This document shows, piece after piece, positions 28,690 to 37,877 of a DNA stretch of 64,000 nucleotides. A program made the position numbers and the translations under genes. How positions within the stretch are numbered: the stretch's first letter is position 1; each line of letters opens with the position of its first letter. The DNA is from Nannocystis sp. RBIL2 (GTDB lineage Bacteria; Myxococcota_A; Polyangia; Nannocystales; Nannocystaceae): NCBI RefSeq assembly GCF_026626745.1, contig NZ_JAPNJW010000002.1, forward strand, positions 1,382,151 to 1,446,150. Reading direction: 5' to 3'. The notes under the pieces are model-generated. The model saw only the letters and a program-made list of their open reading frames with translations. It had not been told where the DNA came from and searched no databases.

Positions 28690-28760
28690 CTGCAGCGGAA
28701 AGCGGAGGGGATGGACTACGTCTGCGGCTCGCATGCCGACACCGTGTTCCAAGTGCGACC
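28690..28760 (+). pseudogene. About 60-bp fragment of a lipoprotein paralog (MDYVCGSHADTVF...)
   Basis: Near-identical to 37255-37320 inside the lipoprotein gene 36773-37870, and adjacent to the IS66 relic. Confidence 0.5.
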
Positions 28761-28841
28761 GGACCCGCGCGGTTTACGGCGCTGCGGTCGACCCTTGGTG
28801 ACTCGACGACGGGCTCAGGCGCCGACAAAAGCCCGGAGCGC

Positions 28842-29063
28842 CTACCTGGACGGCGTCGCCAGACCGCCGGCGAAGACGGCGGCGGCGAGGAAGAAGCACC
28901 CGAAGCTGGTCCACATCATGGGCTCGACGCGCAGGACGATTCCGCCGGCCATGGAGATCGGGCCACCTCCCACCAGGGCTACGAGGGTCCCGGACGCCCC
29001 GAGCAGCGCGCCGAGAACCACCAGGGCAATCCCGGCGAGGAAGTATGGTCTGGTGCGTTTCAT
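28842..29063 (-). CDS. Possible small two-helix membrane protein
   Basis: 73 aa, hydrophobic; weak RBS. Confidence 0.25.
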   Translation of the reverse strand: MKRTRPYFLAGIALVVLGALLGASGTLVALVGGGPISMAGGIVLRVEPMMWTSFGCFFLAAAVFAGGLATPSR

Positions 29064-29595
29064 GGCCGCCTCGTGGGGAGCAGGCGGAGACTACGCCTAC
29101 CTCGCCCGCACCGCCAGACGAGGCTCGCTGACGGAGCCCGCCACGCCCGCATAGCTCGCCAGGAGCGGGTCTCCCTCCGCCCGCCGCCGCATGCGCGCGC
29201 GAACGTGCGGCCGCCGGTGTTGCTCGGCGCGAATGATCGCCGACACCTGCGCGACCGCCCAGCCGGGCCCCGCGCTCGGCATGCCGGTCGGTCCGCTGAC
29301 GCTGTCCAGCCTCGCCGACGTCGACTGGTTCGTGCTCCCGGCCGACGCCAACGCCGTCGGCAAGTCCGTGCACGTGGTGACGGCTCCGGGCGACTCGGAC
29401 ACCGATACCCTGGTCGAGGTGTTCGGAGGCACCTCCCCAGGCGTCCGCACGGACGCCGGGTTCAAATCGCCCCTGGCCATTCGTCTTGGCCGGAGCCTCG
29501 GCGGCTCGGACCTCGCCGGCGGCGAATCGAAGGACTATGACCTTCGACGGGAGCCGGCATTCGACCCGGATGAGCCACCATTCACGAGGGTGGGA

Positions 29596-29886
29596 TCACT
29601 TCGTCTCGAGGTCCTGCGCGCCGTCGCCGGTCTCGACGACGTCGCACGGGCTCGGCTCCGCCGCGTCGCTCTCGTAGCAAAGGCCCAGGACCTCGTCGTA
29701 CACCATCTCGCTGACGGCGGTGGTCTCGTCGCCCGCGCAGGGGGTGCACCAGTTGCAGGCGTTGGGCGGCTCCTCCTGCAGGCAGATGGGGTCGCAGCAC
29801 CTGGGCGCGGCGGACGCCGTGCCGACCCCGATCGCACCGAAAGACAGGACGAATGCCATCACCGCGAAAACATGAGCAGAACGCAT
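29596..29886 (-). CDS. Small secreted cysteine-rich protein
   Basis: Signal peptide MRSAHVFAVMAFVLSFGAIGVGTASA; mature part of about 70 aa with 10 Cys and an acidic tail. GGAGGT RBS. Confidence 0.5.
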   Translation of the reverse strand: MRSAHVFAVMAFVLSFGAIGVGTASAAPRCCDPICLQEEPPNACNWCTPCAGDETTAVSEMVYDEVLGLCYESDAAEPSPCDVVETGDGAQDLETK

Positions 29887-30059
29887 GAGATACCTCCAGT
29901 GTTTGCGCCGAGTGCCCCGAACAATTCGAGGCATGCGACATGAATGACTTTCTCAGAACCCGAGCGAAAGTCAAGCTGCGATGAATCCCGTCGGCTGCAA
30001 ATTGGTCGTCGCGAATCAGCCGGGACCGACCGGGCGAAAGGACGTTGTGGGCTCGGGAA

Positions 30060-30210
30060 ACGGCGAGAGTTCGACCGCTCGCTGCTTTCTCCGCTGGAAT
30101 CCACGGCCCGCGGAGAACATCCCGCCGTCGGCGTATTCGCCGAGACGATGGGCCTCGGCCGAATAGGCCGTCGGCCCGCTCGACCGCTCGCTGCTTTCTC
30201 CGCTGGAATT
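30060..30210. repeat. Two direct copies of a ~28-bp repeat (TCGACCGCTCGCTGCTTTCTCCGCTGGAAT), about 114 bp apart
   Basis: Copies at about 30066 and 30180. Not CRISPR-like (only two copies, long unequal spacing). Confidence 0.5.
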
Positions 30211-30497
30211 GGTGACTCCTGGAGAACAGGCGGTCCGCCGCCCACACAGTCCGCGCGGCGCCGGTGGGTCGTGCCGCCCTCGGCATTCACGCTGGGGAGG
30301 TCGAGGCGGCCGCGACGCGCTTCCGCGAGCCCGATGCACGGGTCATGTTCGCCTTTGCGCCGCGACGCCGCCGAGGACGACACTGCCTTCATTCAGGAGC
30401 GGGGCGGGCCCCCCGGCGGGGCAGCGGTCCTCGTCGGTGAGCGGACCGCGTTCCTGGACGCATTCCGCGATGATCGCCCGCGCGGGCGCCGGCGCGC

Positions 30498-31051
30498 TCA
30501 CGGCCTGCGCAGCATCGCGATCGTCCAGCGGCCGGGGTACGCGTCGGCGCACAGATTCCCCTCGGTCGCGACCTCGATCGCCGTGGGCACCCACACTTGG
30601 TACTCGCCGACGTCGGCGTGCGAGCCGTCGTGCAGCACGACCGGCTCGCCGCCCGGAGTCGCGGCCGAGAACATGTAGCGCGCGAACTCGTACCCGCAGT
30701 CGTCGCTCTCGCTCGGGTCGCAGAACGCCTCGTCGCTGAATTGCAGCGGCGACCAGTCGTCCGCGTGCAGACTGCCATGACCTGTCCTGGCGAACAGGAG
30801 CACGCCGCCGTCGGCGCTGACGCGGATGCGATCGAGATCCGGCGGGCTCTGCTGATAGCTCTCGAGCATGACGACGAGCCCCGGGGTGAATGCGCCGAGG
30901 TCGGGCGCAGGGCCGGCGGACAGCGTGCCAGCCGTGGAAGCGGTGCCCGGGCTCTGGCCGACCGGATAATCCAACACGCAGGCCAGGAGGCAGCCGGCGG
31001 CGAGGAGAGCGGCGAGATTGATGGCAGGGCGGTTCTCCGCGGAGAGCGTCA
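30498..31051 (-). CDS. Lipoprotein with signal region AGCLLACVLDYPVG
   Basis: GTG start with GAGGGG RBS. Shares the ACVLDYPVG post-lipobox motif with the genes at 33656 and 34577. Confidence 0.5.
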
Positions 31052-31148
31052 CGGGGTTACCCCTCTGTGGTATAGTTCTCCGAAGCTGCGCCCTTCCGTC
31101 ACGAGCCAGGATCGCGGGTCGGCCCAATCAGAGCGGTGGCGTCACGAG

Positions 31149-32309
31149 TTATCGCGCGCACACGTAGTGCTCGAACTGCTGTACCAGCGCCGAGGTCGGG
31201 AACTCCACGACCAGGCGCTGCGCGACGGCCTCGGCCTCGGCTGCGCGGTTCAGCTGGCACAGCGCATCGACCCGCGCCGCCTCACGGGCGTCGACCAGGG
31301 CGCCGCGCGGGAATTCGCGGGCATGCGCGACCAGCAAGGCCAGCGCGACCGCAGCCGCGCCTTCGTCCAGGCGCCCGCGAGCCTGGTCGAGCAGCGACAC
31401 CTCGGCGGACAGGCGATCGGGCTTCGCCGGCGGCGACGCTGCCGTCGCCCGCGGCACCGGCGGCGGTGGGTCTGCGCTCGGCTCGCTCCGGGCTGCGATT
31501 GCGCCTGTCTTCGGGGACAGGACCGTCTCGCCTCGCTCGGCCCCCCGCGCCGGTGGTGGAGGTCGTGGCCCGGCCCCGCGTTCGGTCGCGTGCATGGTCG
31601 CGCCCCCCGCGACGATCAGCGTCGCCGCCACCGCCGTCCGGGTCGTGGCCAGCGCTCCGAGGGTCCCCACCGCGCCGGTCTTGCCGAGCACCGGCCCCAG
31701 CAACACCCACGTGCGCTGCGCCCGTCCGGGCGGCGCAGCGTCCCGGCGGCGCATCTGTTCGGCCGACGCCGCCAGCTCCGCCTCACCCAGCCGCGCCTGC
31801 AGCTGCCCCCGCGCCAGCCGCAGCCGCGAGTAAACGGTGTTGACCGGCAACGCCAGCTCCGAGGCGACTTCCGGCCCGCTCATCCCCAGCAGCTCGGTCA
31901 TCTCCCACACCGCGCGGAGCTCTCCGGCGAGCTGAGCCAGCGACTGCTCGAGCTGTTGGGCCGTGTCGAGCCGCTGGTGCGGGGCGTCGTGTGCCGCCGG
32001 CAACACCTCGGCGAGCGCCGCGACCCGTCGAGCTTGCCGGGCCGCGCCCCGCCGGTAGCGCCAGGCGATCCGCCGCGTGACCGCGAACAGCCACGCCCGC
32101 GGCGAGACCTCGTACCGCAGCTCGTCGAGCCGGCGATACGCCGTGATGAACACCTCCTGCACCACGTCATCCAGGACCACCGGCGGCACCCCGAAGCGGC
32201 GCGCCGCCGCCCATACGAAGTCGAACTCGCGCCGATAGAGCGCGTAAAACCGCGCGCGGCGCGGGTCGTCGTCGCGCCCAGGTTCGTGGTCGGTCGCCGG
32301 GACGTGCAT
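31149..32309 (-). CDS. ECF sigma factor with transmembrane helix and C-terminal extension domain
   Basis: Sigma-70 region 2 (VVQEVFITAYRR) and region 4 (ELLGMSGPEVASELALPVNTVYSRL), then a hydrophobic segment and a domain of about 150 aa. Confidence 0.7.
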   Translation of the reverse strand: MHVPATDHEPGRDDDPRRARFYALYRREFDFVWAAARRFGVPPVVLDDVVQEVFITAYRRLDELRYEVSPRAWLFAVTRRIAWRYRRGAARQARRVAALAEVLPAAHDAPHQRLDTAQQLEQSLAQLAGELRAVWEMTELLGMSGPEVASELALPVNTVYSRLRLARGQLQARLGEAELAASAEQMRRRDAAPPGRAQRTWVLLGPVLGKTGAVGTLGALATTRTAVAATLIVAGGATMHATERGAGPRPPPPARGAERGETVLSPKTGAIAARSEPSADPPPPVPRATAASPPAKPDRLSAEVSLLDQARGRLDEGAAAVALALLVAHAREFPRGALVDAREAARVDALCQLNRAAEAEAVAQRLVVEFPTSALVQQFEHYVCAR

Positions 32310-32346
32310 GGCCTATTGCTCGATTCTCCGGGTTTCTCGGGTTCCG

Positions 32347-33489
32347 TCACCGCGGATCGCGAAAGCGTAGCTCCACGCCGACGAGCAACCGGCCGGAGAT
32401 CAGGGACGAGTCGAACAGGGACACCCGCGATCCGGGGGCGACCACTACGAAGCCAGGCACGAAGATTCCAGCGACCCCCTCCAGCGCTACCCCGAGCCGA
32501 ACCCGCGGGTGCACCACCACCGCCACCCCGGCCGAGGCCACGACCGCCAGCCACAGCCCGGTCATCCCCCGGGCTCCCGCCACATCCTGCGCGACTCCGC
32601 GGACCCCTCCCAGCTCCAGGCCGCCGCACAGCGGGATCTCGACCCGCTTCGTGCCCGGGCGTCCGCACCCGAGCACCGCGCCCATGGCCCCGAACGCCCG
32701 CAACGAGCCCTCTGGGCGATCTGTCCTGCGCGGCGCGAGGAACATGCCCCGGAATTCCAGCCGCGCGCGTCGCCACAGCAGGCCACCGACCAGCGCGACC
32801 GCGGCGGTCACGCCCGGGACCGCCCCGAGTTCAGGCCCTCCCTGGATCCTCATCAGCCCGCCCGGGCGCCTCCGCATGCGGCCGCTCGTCGTCGCCGACT
32901 GCCCGGAATCGTCCGCGGGGGCAGGCCCGGGCACGCGCATCTCGACTTCACCGTCGAGCCCCGGCGTCGCGGCCGGCGGCGGATCCGGCGTCGGGGGCGT
33001 CTCGCGGCTCGATTGCACCGATTCGCGACGGAGCGGCTCCGCGGCGTCGACGGGAGACGCTTCCGTCGTCGGCTCCGCGGGCGACACCGCCGTCGTTTCC
33101 CCCATTTCCACCTCGCCCTCGTCGATTTGCGGATCTGCGGGCGGCGCCGCGCCGCTCCCCTTCGCCTCGCGACGGGTGGCGGCCGTCGCCACCAGCAGCG
33201 CCGTCGCGTCGACGAGCGCCGCGCAGCGCTGAGACGTCAGCGTCCGCACCTGGCCGCGGCCCTGCGCCGAGATCTGGAGCGCGAGGCGAAAGCGCGGGGC
33301 TTCGGCGTGCGCCGTGACGCGGGCGTCGACCCGAACCTCGTCGACGAACCTCCGCCCGAGCCGGCGATCGATCGCCGCCAGCAACGCCTCGCGTCCCGGG
33401 CAGTCCCTCGGAGCTTCCCACACCAGCCGGCTCGGTGGCTCGGGGACCTGCGCGGCGAGAAACCCGGCAAGAACGAAGGAAACTGGCAT
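32347..33489 (-). CDS. Hypothetical protein, Gly-rich C-terminal half
   Basis: Upstream of and co-oriented with the ECF sigma gene. Confidence 0.4.
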   Translation of the reverse strand: MPVSFVLAGFLAAQVPEPPSRLVWEAPRDCPGREALLAAIDRRLGRRFVDEVRVDARVTAHAEAPRFRLALQISAQGRGQVRTLTSQRCAALVDATALLVATAATRREAKGSGAAPPADPQIDEGEVEMGETTAVSPAEPTTEASPVDAAEPLRRESVQSSRETPPTPDPPPAATPGLDGEVEMRVPGPAPADDSGQSATTSGRMRRRPGGLMRIQGGPELGAVPGVTAAVALVGGLLWRRARLEFRGMFLAPRRTDRPEGSLRAFGAMGAVLGCGRPGTKRVEIPLCGGLELGGVRGVAQDVAGARGMTGLWLAVVASAGVAVVVHPRVRLGVALEGVAGIFVPGFVVVAPGSRVSLFDSSLISGRLLVGVELRFRDPR

Positions 33490-33655
33490 CGTCGAGGAAC
33501 GGAGAGCCTAACACTACCGGCACCCGCCGTCGGATGAGCGGCCCGCCCCGCGCAGCCGAGCCGACGCGCGCGCGAAGTTCCTGTCTTTTCTTTCACGCTC
33601 GCGCCGTGACGGACGAGCCTCGACGTGGAGAACAGGACAGGTGAAGGAGTGACCG

Positions 33656-34423
33656 GTGAGCCACCTCCGATCACACAGCCCGCCCCTCTGTCTGCTCGTC
33701 CTCGCCGCGGCCCTGCCGTCCGCGTGCGTCCTCGACTACCCGGTCGGAAACACCCCCCAATCCACGGCGACCGGCGAGACGGAGCCGACGAGCACGCCGA
33801 CGACGGGCGGCACCGACACGGCCACGAATCCGACCCAGATGCCGACCGGCGGGCCGCTGATGTGCGCCGATTTCCTGTCCGACCAGGACTTCAACGAGAT
33901 GGTGTCGATCACGATCACCAACGCCGGCGACACGCCGGTCTGGCTCGAGTCGGTCGGGTGCGCCAAGCTGCCGGCGCTGCAGATCACCGACGCGAAGGGG
34001 CTTGACCACTATTTCGTCGAGGGCGACTGCGCCGCGCCACTATGCGATGAGCTGCTGCAGGGTGTGTGCGAGCGCGGGTGCGAGGACTGCGGAGGGCTAC
34101 CGAAACTGCGGCTCGATCCCGGCGCCCGCTTCGCGCTGAACTGGGCAGGGGCCGACGCGGAGGTCATGCAAATGCCCGCCGAATGCGCGCCGGGAGAGGG
34201 ATGCGCGGGAGAGTGCGTGGCGGCGCGGACGCGGCCGGCGGGCGTCTACGACATCACCGTGACGGCGTTCCATGGCTGTCTCGGCGCCTGCGAGTGCGAG
34301 CCGCCGAGTCCCGGGAGCCACTGCAAGCTGACGGACGCGGTCGTGCTGAGCGAGCCGCAGACGCGGAGCGAGCCGCTGTCGTTCCCGGATACCGTGGACA
34401 TCGAGATCTTGATCGGCGGTTGA
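33656..34423 (+). CDS. Cysteine-rich lipoprotein
   Basis: AAGGAG RBS then GTG. Lipobox LPSAC. Mature region has more than 16 Cys (CERGCEDCGG, CAGEC, CLGACEC). Confidence 0.6.
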   Translation: MSHLRSHSPPLCLLVLAAALPSACVLDYPVGNTPQSTATGETEPTSTPTTGGTDTATNPTQMPTGGPLMCADFLSDQDFNEMVSITITNAGDTPVWLESVGCAKLPALQITDAKGLDHYFVEGDCAAPLCDELLQGVCERGCEDCGGLPKLRLDPGARFALNWAGADAEVMQMPAECAPGEGCAGECVAARTRPAGVYDITVTAFHGCLGACECEPPSPGSHCKLTDAVVLSEPQTRSEPLSFPDTVDIEILIGG

Positions 34424-34576
34424 AGGGGCGGGTTTGGAGAGGATGTCCAAATGGACAGGTCCGTATCCGGTCGCGCCGGGCCGCAGGAGCCGCGGCGCGA
34501 TGTCTTGTCACTTCGCGGCTCGCCGCCGTGACGAACGAGCCTCCGGGTGGAGAAGAATCCAGTGAAGGAGCAACCC

Positions 34577-35911
34577 ATGAGCCAAATTCGATCGCACAGC
34601 CCGCCCGCCCGTCTGCTCGTCCTCGCTGCGGCCTTGTCGTCCGCGTGCGTCCTTGACTACACGGTCGGAAACACCCCGCAATTGACGGCGACCGACGGCG
34701 CCGACGACGAGTCCAGCACCGCCGCGCCGGAGCCGGCGGTCTGCGGCGACGGCGTGGTCGGCGGCGACGAGGCATGCGACGACGCCAACGACGTCTCCGA
34801 CGACGGCTGCGACCGCGATTGTCGGCAGACCGCGCTCGTCGAGTGGACGCGCAAGGATCATGGCGTCTTGTGGGGAATCATCGGCCTGGACGTCGCCGTC
34901 GATCCAGCGGGCCGCATCGTCGTCGTCGGAGAGGATAACAACATGGCGTTCGTCATGGTCCTCGATCCCTCGGGATCCCTCGTCTGGCGACGCGACGTAC
35001 CGAACGGCGCGCGGCAGTTCACGACTTTCACGGGCGTGACCGTGGACGAGGAGGGGCGCATCTTCGCGGCCGGCGACGGGGGCGTCGCGGGCGCCGGTGC
35101 GCCGATCCTCCACGCATTCGGGCCCGAAGGCGCGACGCTGTGGACGTTCGAGGAGCCTCTGGCCGGCGTCGGCGACGGTATCCGGGCGCTCGCGCTCGGC
35201 GACGGCGGCCTGTATTCGGTCGGCAGCGAGCTGCAGGGCGACGACAGCCAGGACCTCGTCGTCCGTCGTCACGATCCCGCCACGGGCGCCGTCGCGTGGA
35301 AAGTCAACCACGGAGACGATGGGCGCATCGATGCCACCGGCGTCGCGGTCTCCGGGTCCGCGGTCGCTGCAGTGGGCTTCGTCGGTCGAGACGAAGACCT
35401 GTTCTGGCACTCTCTCGTGGTGGTCCTCGACCAGGACGGGGCCCCGCTGTGGAGCCAGGAGGAGGATGCTGGGGTGTGGTCCGGTGTCGCCGCGATCGGC
35501 GACGGAGACCTGTTGCTCGCGGGTCACGGCGACCACGACGATGACGGGCGCTACAGGGCCGCGCTGCGCCGCGTCGGTCCCGACGGCGCGGAGGTGTGGC
35601 GTTTCACCGGCGACGCGCCCGAAGAGGGGTTTGACGATGTCGTCGTCGGCGCCGACGAGACGATCGTCGCCGTCGGCACCAGCCGGATCGCCGACACCCA
35701 AGGCACGTACAGCTTCGCGCGTCACCTGACCGGAGACGGCATGCCGACGTGGATCTCTTACTTCTCCAAGAGCGACGCCCTCAGGGAGACAGCCAAGGGC
35801 GTCGATTTCGGGCCCGGCTTCGCCGTCGCCGCCGGTTACTGGGATGCGCCGGCAGACCCGGTGGAAGGCTCGCCGAGTCACATGTGGGTCCGTCGGTTCG
35901 CGGTCCATTGA
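34577..35911 (+). CDS. Lipoprotein with Myxococcus cysteine-rich repeat and beta-propeller-like repeats
   Basis: AAGGAG RBS. CGDGVVGGDEACDDANDVSDDGCDRDC matches the myxobacterial disulfide repeat. Repeated WxxxxxG blades follow. The 5' region duplicates that of the 33656 gene. Confidence 0.65.
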   Translation: MSQIRSHSPPARLLVLAAALSSACVLDYTVGNTPQLTATDGADDESSTAAPEPAVCGDGVVGGDEACDDANDVSDDGCDRDCRQTALVEWTRKDHGVLWGIIGLDVAVDPAGRIVVVGEDNNMAFVMVLDPSGSLVWRRDVPNGARQFTTFTGVTVDEEGRIFAAGDGGVAGAGAPILHAFGPEGATLWTFEEPLAGVGDGIRALALGDGGLYSVGSELQGDDSQDLVVRRHDPATGAVAWKVNHGDDGRIDATGVAVSGSAVAAVGFVGRDEDLFWHSLVVVLDQDGAPLWSQEEDAGVWSGVAAIGDGDLLLAGHGDHDDDGRYRAALRRVGPDGAEVWRFTGDAPEEGFDDVVVGADETIVAVGTSRIADTQGTYSFARHLTGDGMPTWISYFSKSDALRETAKGVDFGPGFAVAAGYWDAPADPVEGSPSHMWVRRFAVH

Positions 35912-36121
35912 TAGGAGCGCCGTGCGGGTCGCCAGCGCGCCTGGCCGCCCGCGCGGGAGGCGAGCCCGACCTGGCGGCCCCCTCGCGGCGTCGCAGCCGA
36001 CGAACGTCGTCTCGAGGCGTTCGCGAACCTCCGGCGTCATGTCGATGTCACTGTCCGTCTCAGTGTTCGCGTTCGTTGCTCTTCTCCCCAACCCGCCTGC
36101 CGTGCTGACGGCGCCGGCGGG

Positions 36122-36580
36122 TCACGCGGATTGCGAGCGCAGCCACTCCAGCCTGAGCTTGATGATTCGGCGCCGGAGCCCGTGACGAGTAATGCCCAGC
36201 AACTGGGCAGCGCCGATGATGGAGCCGCCGCGCTCGAGGGCCAGTTCGCAAAGCCGGCGCTTGGCGGCGAGGAGGTTGAGGCTGTCCAGGGGGATGCCGG
36301 GCGGCTCGGGGGGCGGCGTCTCGTCCATGCTCGTCGGACTCGCCTCACCGGCCTCCGATTCCCCTGACTTCTCGTGCGCGAACTCGCACTCGGCGTCAGC
36401 TTCGAGGATCGGCGCAGAGGGCAGGCCGAGACCGTGCCGCACCAGCTGGGCGAGCTGGTCCAGCGAGGCTCCCCGGTCGAGTTGCTCGCGGATCCAGCGG
36501 GCTCGCTCGATGGCCCATGGCGGCCACAGGTTCCTGCTGCCCTGGGCATGGCCGCCGCCGACGCGGCGCGGCTCGGGCAT
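36122..36580 (-). CDS. Fis-type HTH protein
   Basis: C-terminal GSIIGAAQLLGITRHGLRRRIIKL. The long N-terminal extension in the ORF track is antisense to the lipoprotein gene and was rejected. Confidence 0.4.
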   Translation of the reverse strand: MPEPRRVGGGHAQGSRNLWPPWAIERARWIREQLDRGASLDQLAQLVRHGLGLPSAPILEADAECEFAHEKSGESEAGEASPTSMDETPPPEPPGIPLDSLNLLAAKRRLCELALERGGSIIGAAQLLGITRHGLRRRIIKLRLEWLRSQSA

Positions 36581-36772
36581 CAGTTCGCCGAGCACCCACT
36601 TGCGGACGACGGGGGAAGGCGCGCCTGCGGCCTCGACAATCTGCTCTTGGCTGGCGAATCTTCGGGGACCCTGCACGCATGAGCAGTGGTACGGGGGCGA
36701 GATTGCCCGCCAGATGCGCCGATGGCGCTGGGATGCGTGACATCGCGCGCCGTGCCGCGCTACCCTTCGAGG

Positions 36773-37870
36773 GTGCCGCGTCGTCTCGCCCTCGCCGCTG
36801 CAGTCGCCCTTGGCTGTGGGACCGACAACTCGCCGGCGTTCACGACGACGACGACGGGCGTCACGTCGGTCGCGCACACGTCGAGCAGCTCGGGCAGCAC
36901 GACGACGTCGACCTCGACGACGAGCTCGACCGGCGGGACCGCCGAGGACAGCGCCGCGGCGAGCAACTCGGCGTCGACGTTCGACATGGCCCCGCCGCCG
37001 GACCTCGACGACCCGACGCCTGCGGGCTGCAAGGGCAAGATCGACTTCGTGTTCGTGATCTCGGCGCTCTTCACGATGGCCGGGGAGCAAGATCAACTCG
37101 TAGCGAGCTTCCCCGGCTTCCTTGATGTGTTGGAGACGAAGTTCGCCGGCTTCGACCGGCACATCATCAGCGTGAACACGGACGAGAAATGGCGGGGCCT
37201 CGGCTGCGAAGCAGCCGAGAACTGCGGGAACAAGGGCAACTGCGGCCCGAACGCCATGGACTACGTCTGCGGCTCGCACGCCGACACCGTGTTCAAGTGC
37301 GACCGGACCCGCGGCGCGGGTCTGCTCTACAACGCCGGCCCCTACGCCACCAACCACCCGTGCGAGCTCTACGGGGGGAACCGCTACATCATCGAGGGCG
37401 AGACCGATCCGGACGCGTTCGCTTGCATCGCACAGGTGGGCACCTTCGGCGACGATCCGCCGCTCGCCGACACCCTCGTCGCCGCGGTGTCCGACGAGCT
37501 CAACGGCCCGGGCGGTTGCAACGAGGGTTTTTTACGCGACGACGCCCTGCTCGTATTCGTCTTCATCATGGACAACGAGGACGACGAGTCGGTCCTGAGC
37601 GCGAAGAAGGTTCACGACGCGGTGGTGGCCGCCAAGGGTGGCGACGAGCACGCGGTCGTCGGACTCGCCATCATCGCGCAACCGCTGGAGGGCGAGCCCG
37701 TGCCCGGCTGCGTCTACGATGACGGCCTCTGGCCGATCCACCTGCGCGAAGTGATCAAGACCTTCGACTATCACCACGAAGGCAACATCTGCGCCGACAG
37801 CTACGACGGGTTCTTCAGCGAGGCGGCCGATCTCGTTCACGAGGCGTGCAACGCCTTCATCCCACAGTGA
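36773..37870 (+). CDS. Lipoprotein (unknown function), source of the fragment at 28690
   Basis: Lipobox AVALGCG. Ser/Thr-rich linker. Cys-containing globular domain (MDYVCGSHADTVFKC). Confidence 0.6.
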   Translation: MPRRLALAAAVALGCGTDNSPAFTTTTTGVTSVAHTSSSSGSTTTSTSTTSSTGGTAEDSAAASNSASTFDMAPPPDLDDPTPAGCKGKIDFVFVISALFTMAGEQDQLVASFPGFLDVLETKFAGFDRHIISVNTDEKWRGLGCEAAENCGNKGNCGPNAMDYVCGSHADTVFKCDRTRGAGLLYNAGPYATNHPCELYGGNRYIIEGETDPDAFACIAQVGTFGDDPPLADTLVAAVSDELNGPGGCNEGFLRDDALLVFVFIMDNEDDESVLSAKKVHDAVVAAKGGDEHAVVGLAIIAQPLEGEPVPGCVYDDGLWPIHLREVIKTFDYHHEGNICADSYDGFFSEAADLVHEACNAFIPQ

Positions 37871-37877
37871 GCCACGC

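Noticed and set aside
30060-30210. CRISPR array hypothesis for the 28-bp direct repeats
   Set aside because: There are only two copies, the spacer is about 86 bp, there are no cas genes, and the flanks are partially related to each other.
36581-37357. N-terminal 260 codons of minus-strand ORF 36122-37357
   Set aside because: They are antisense to the lipoprotein gene 36773-37870 and Arg-rich. Only the C-terminal Fis-like 152 codons were retained, at low confidence.
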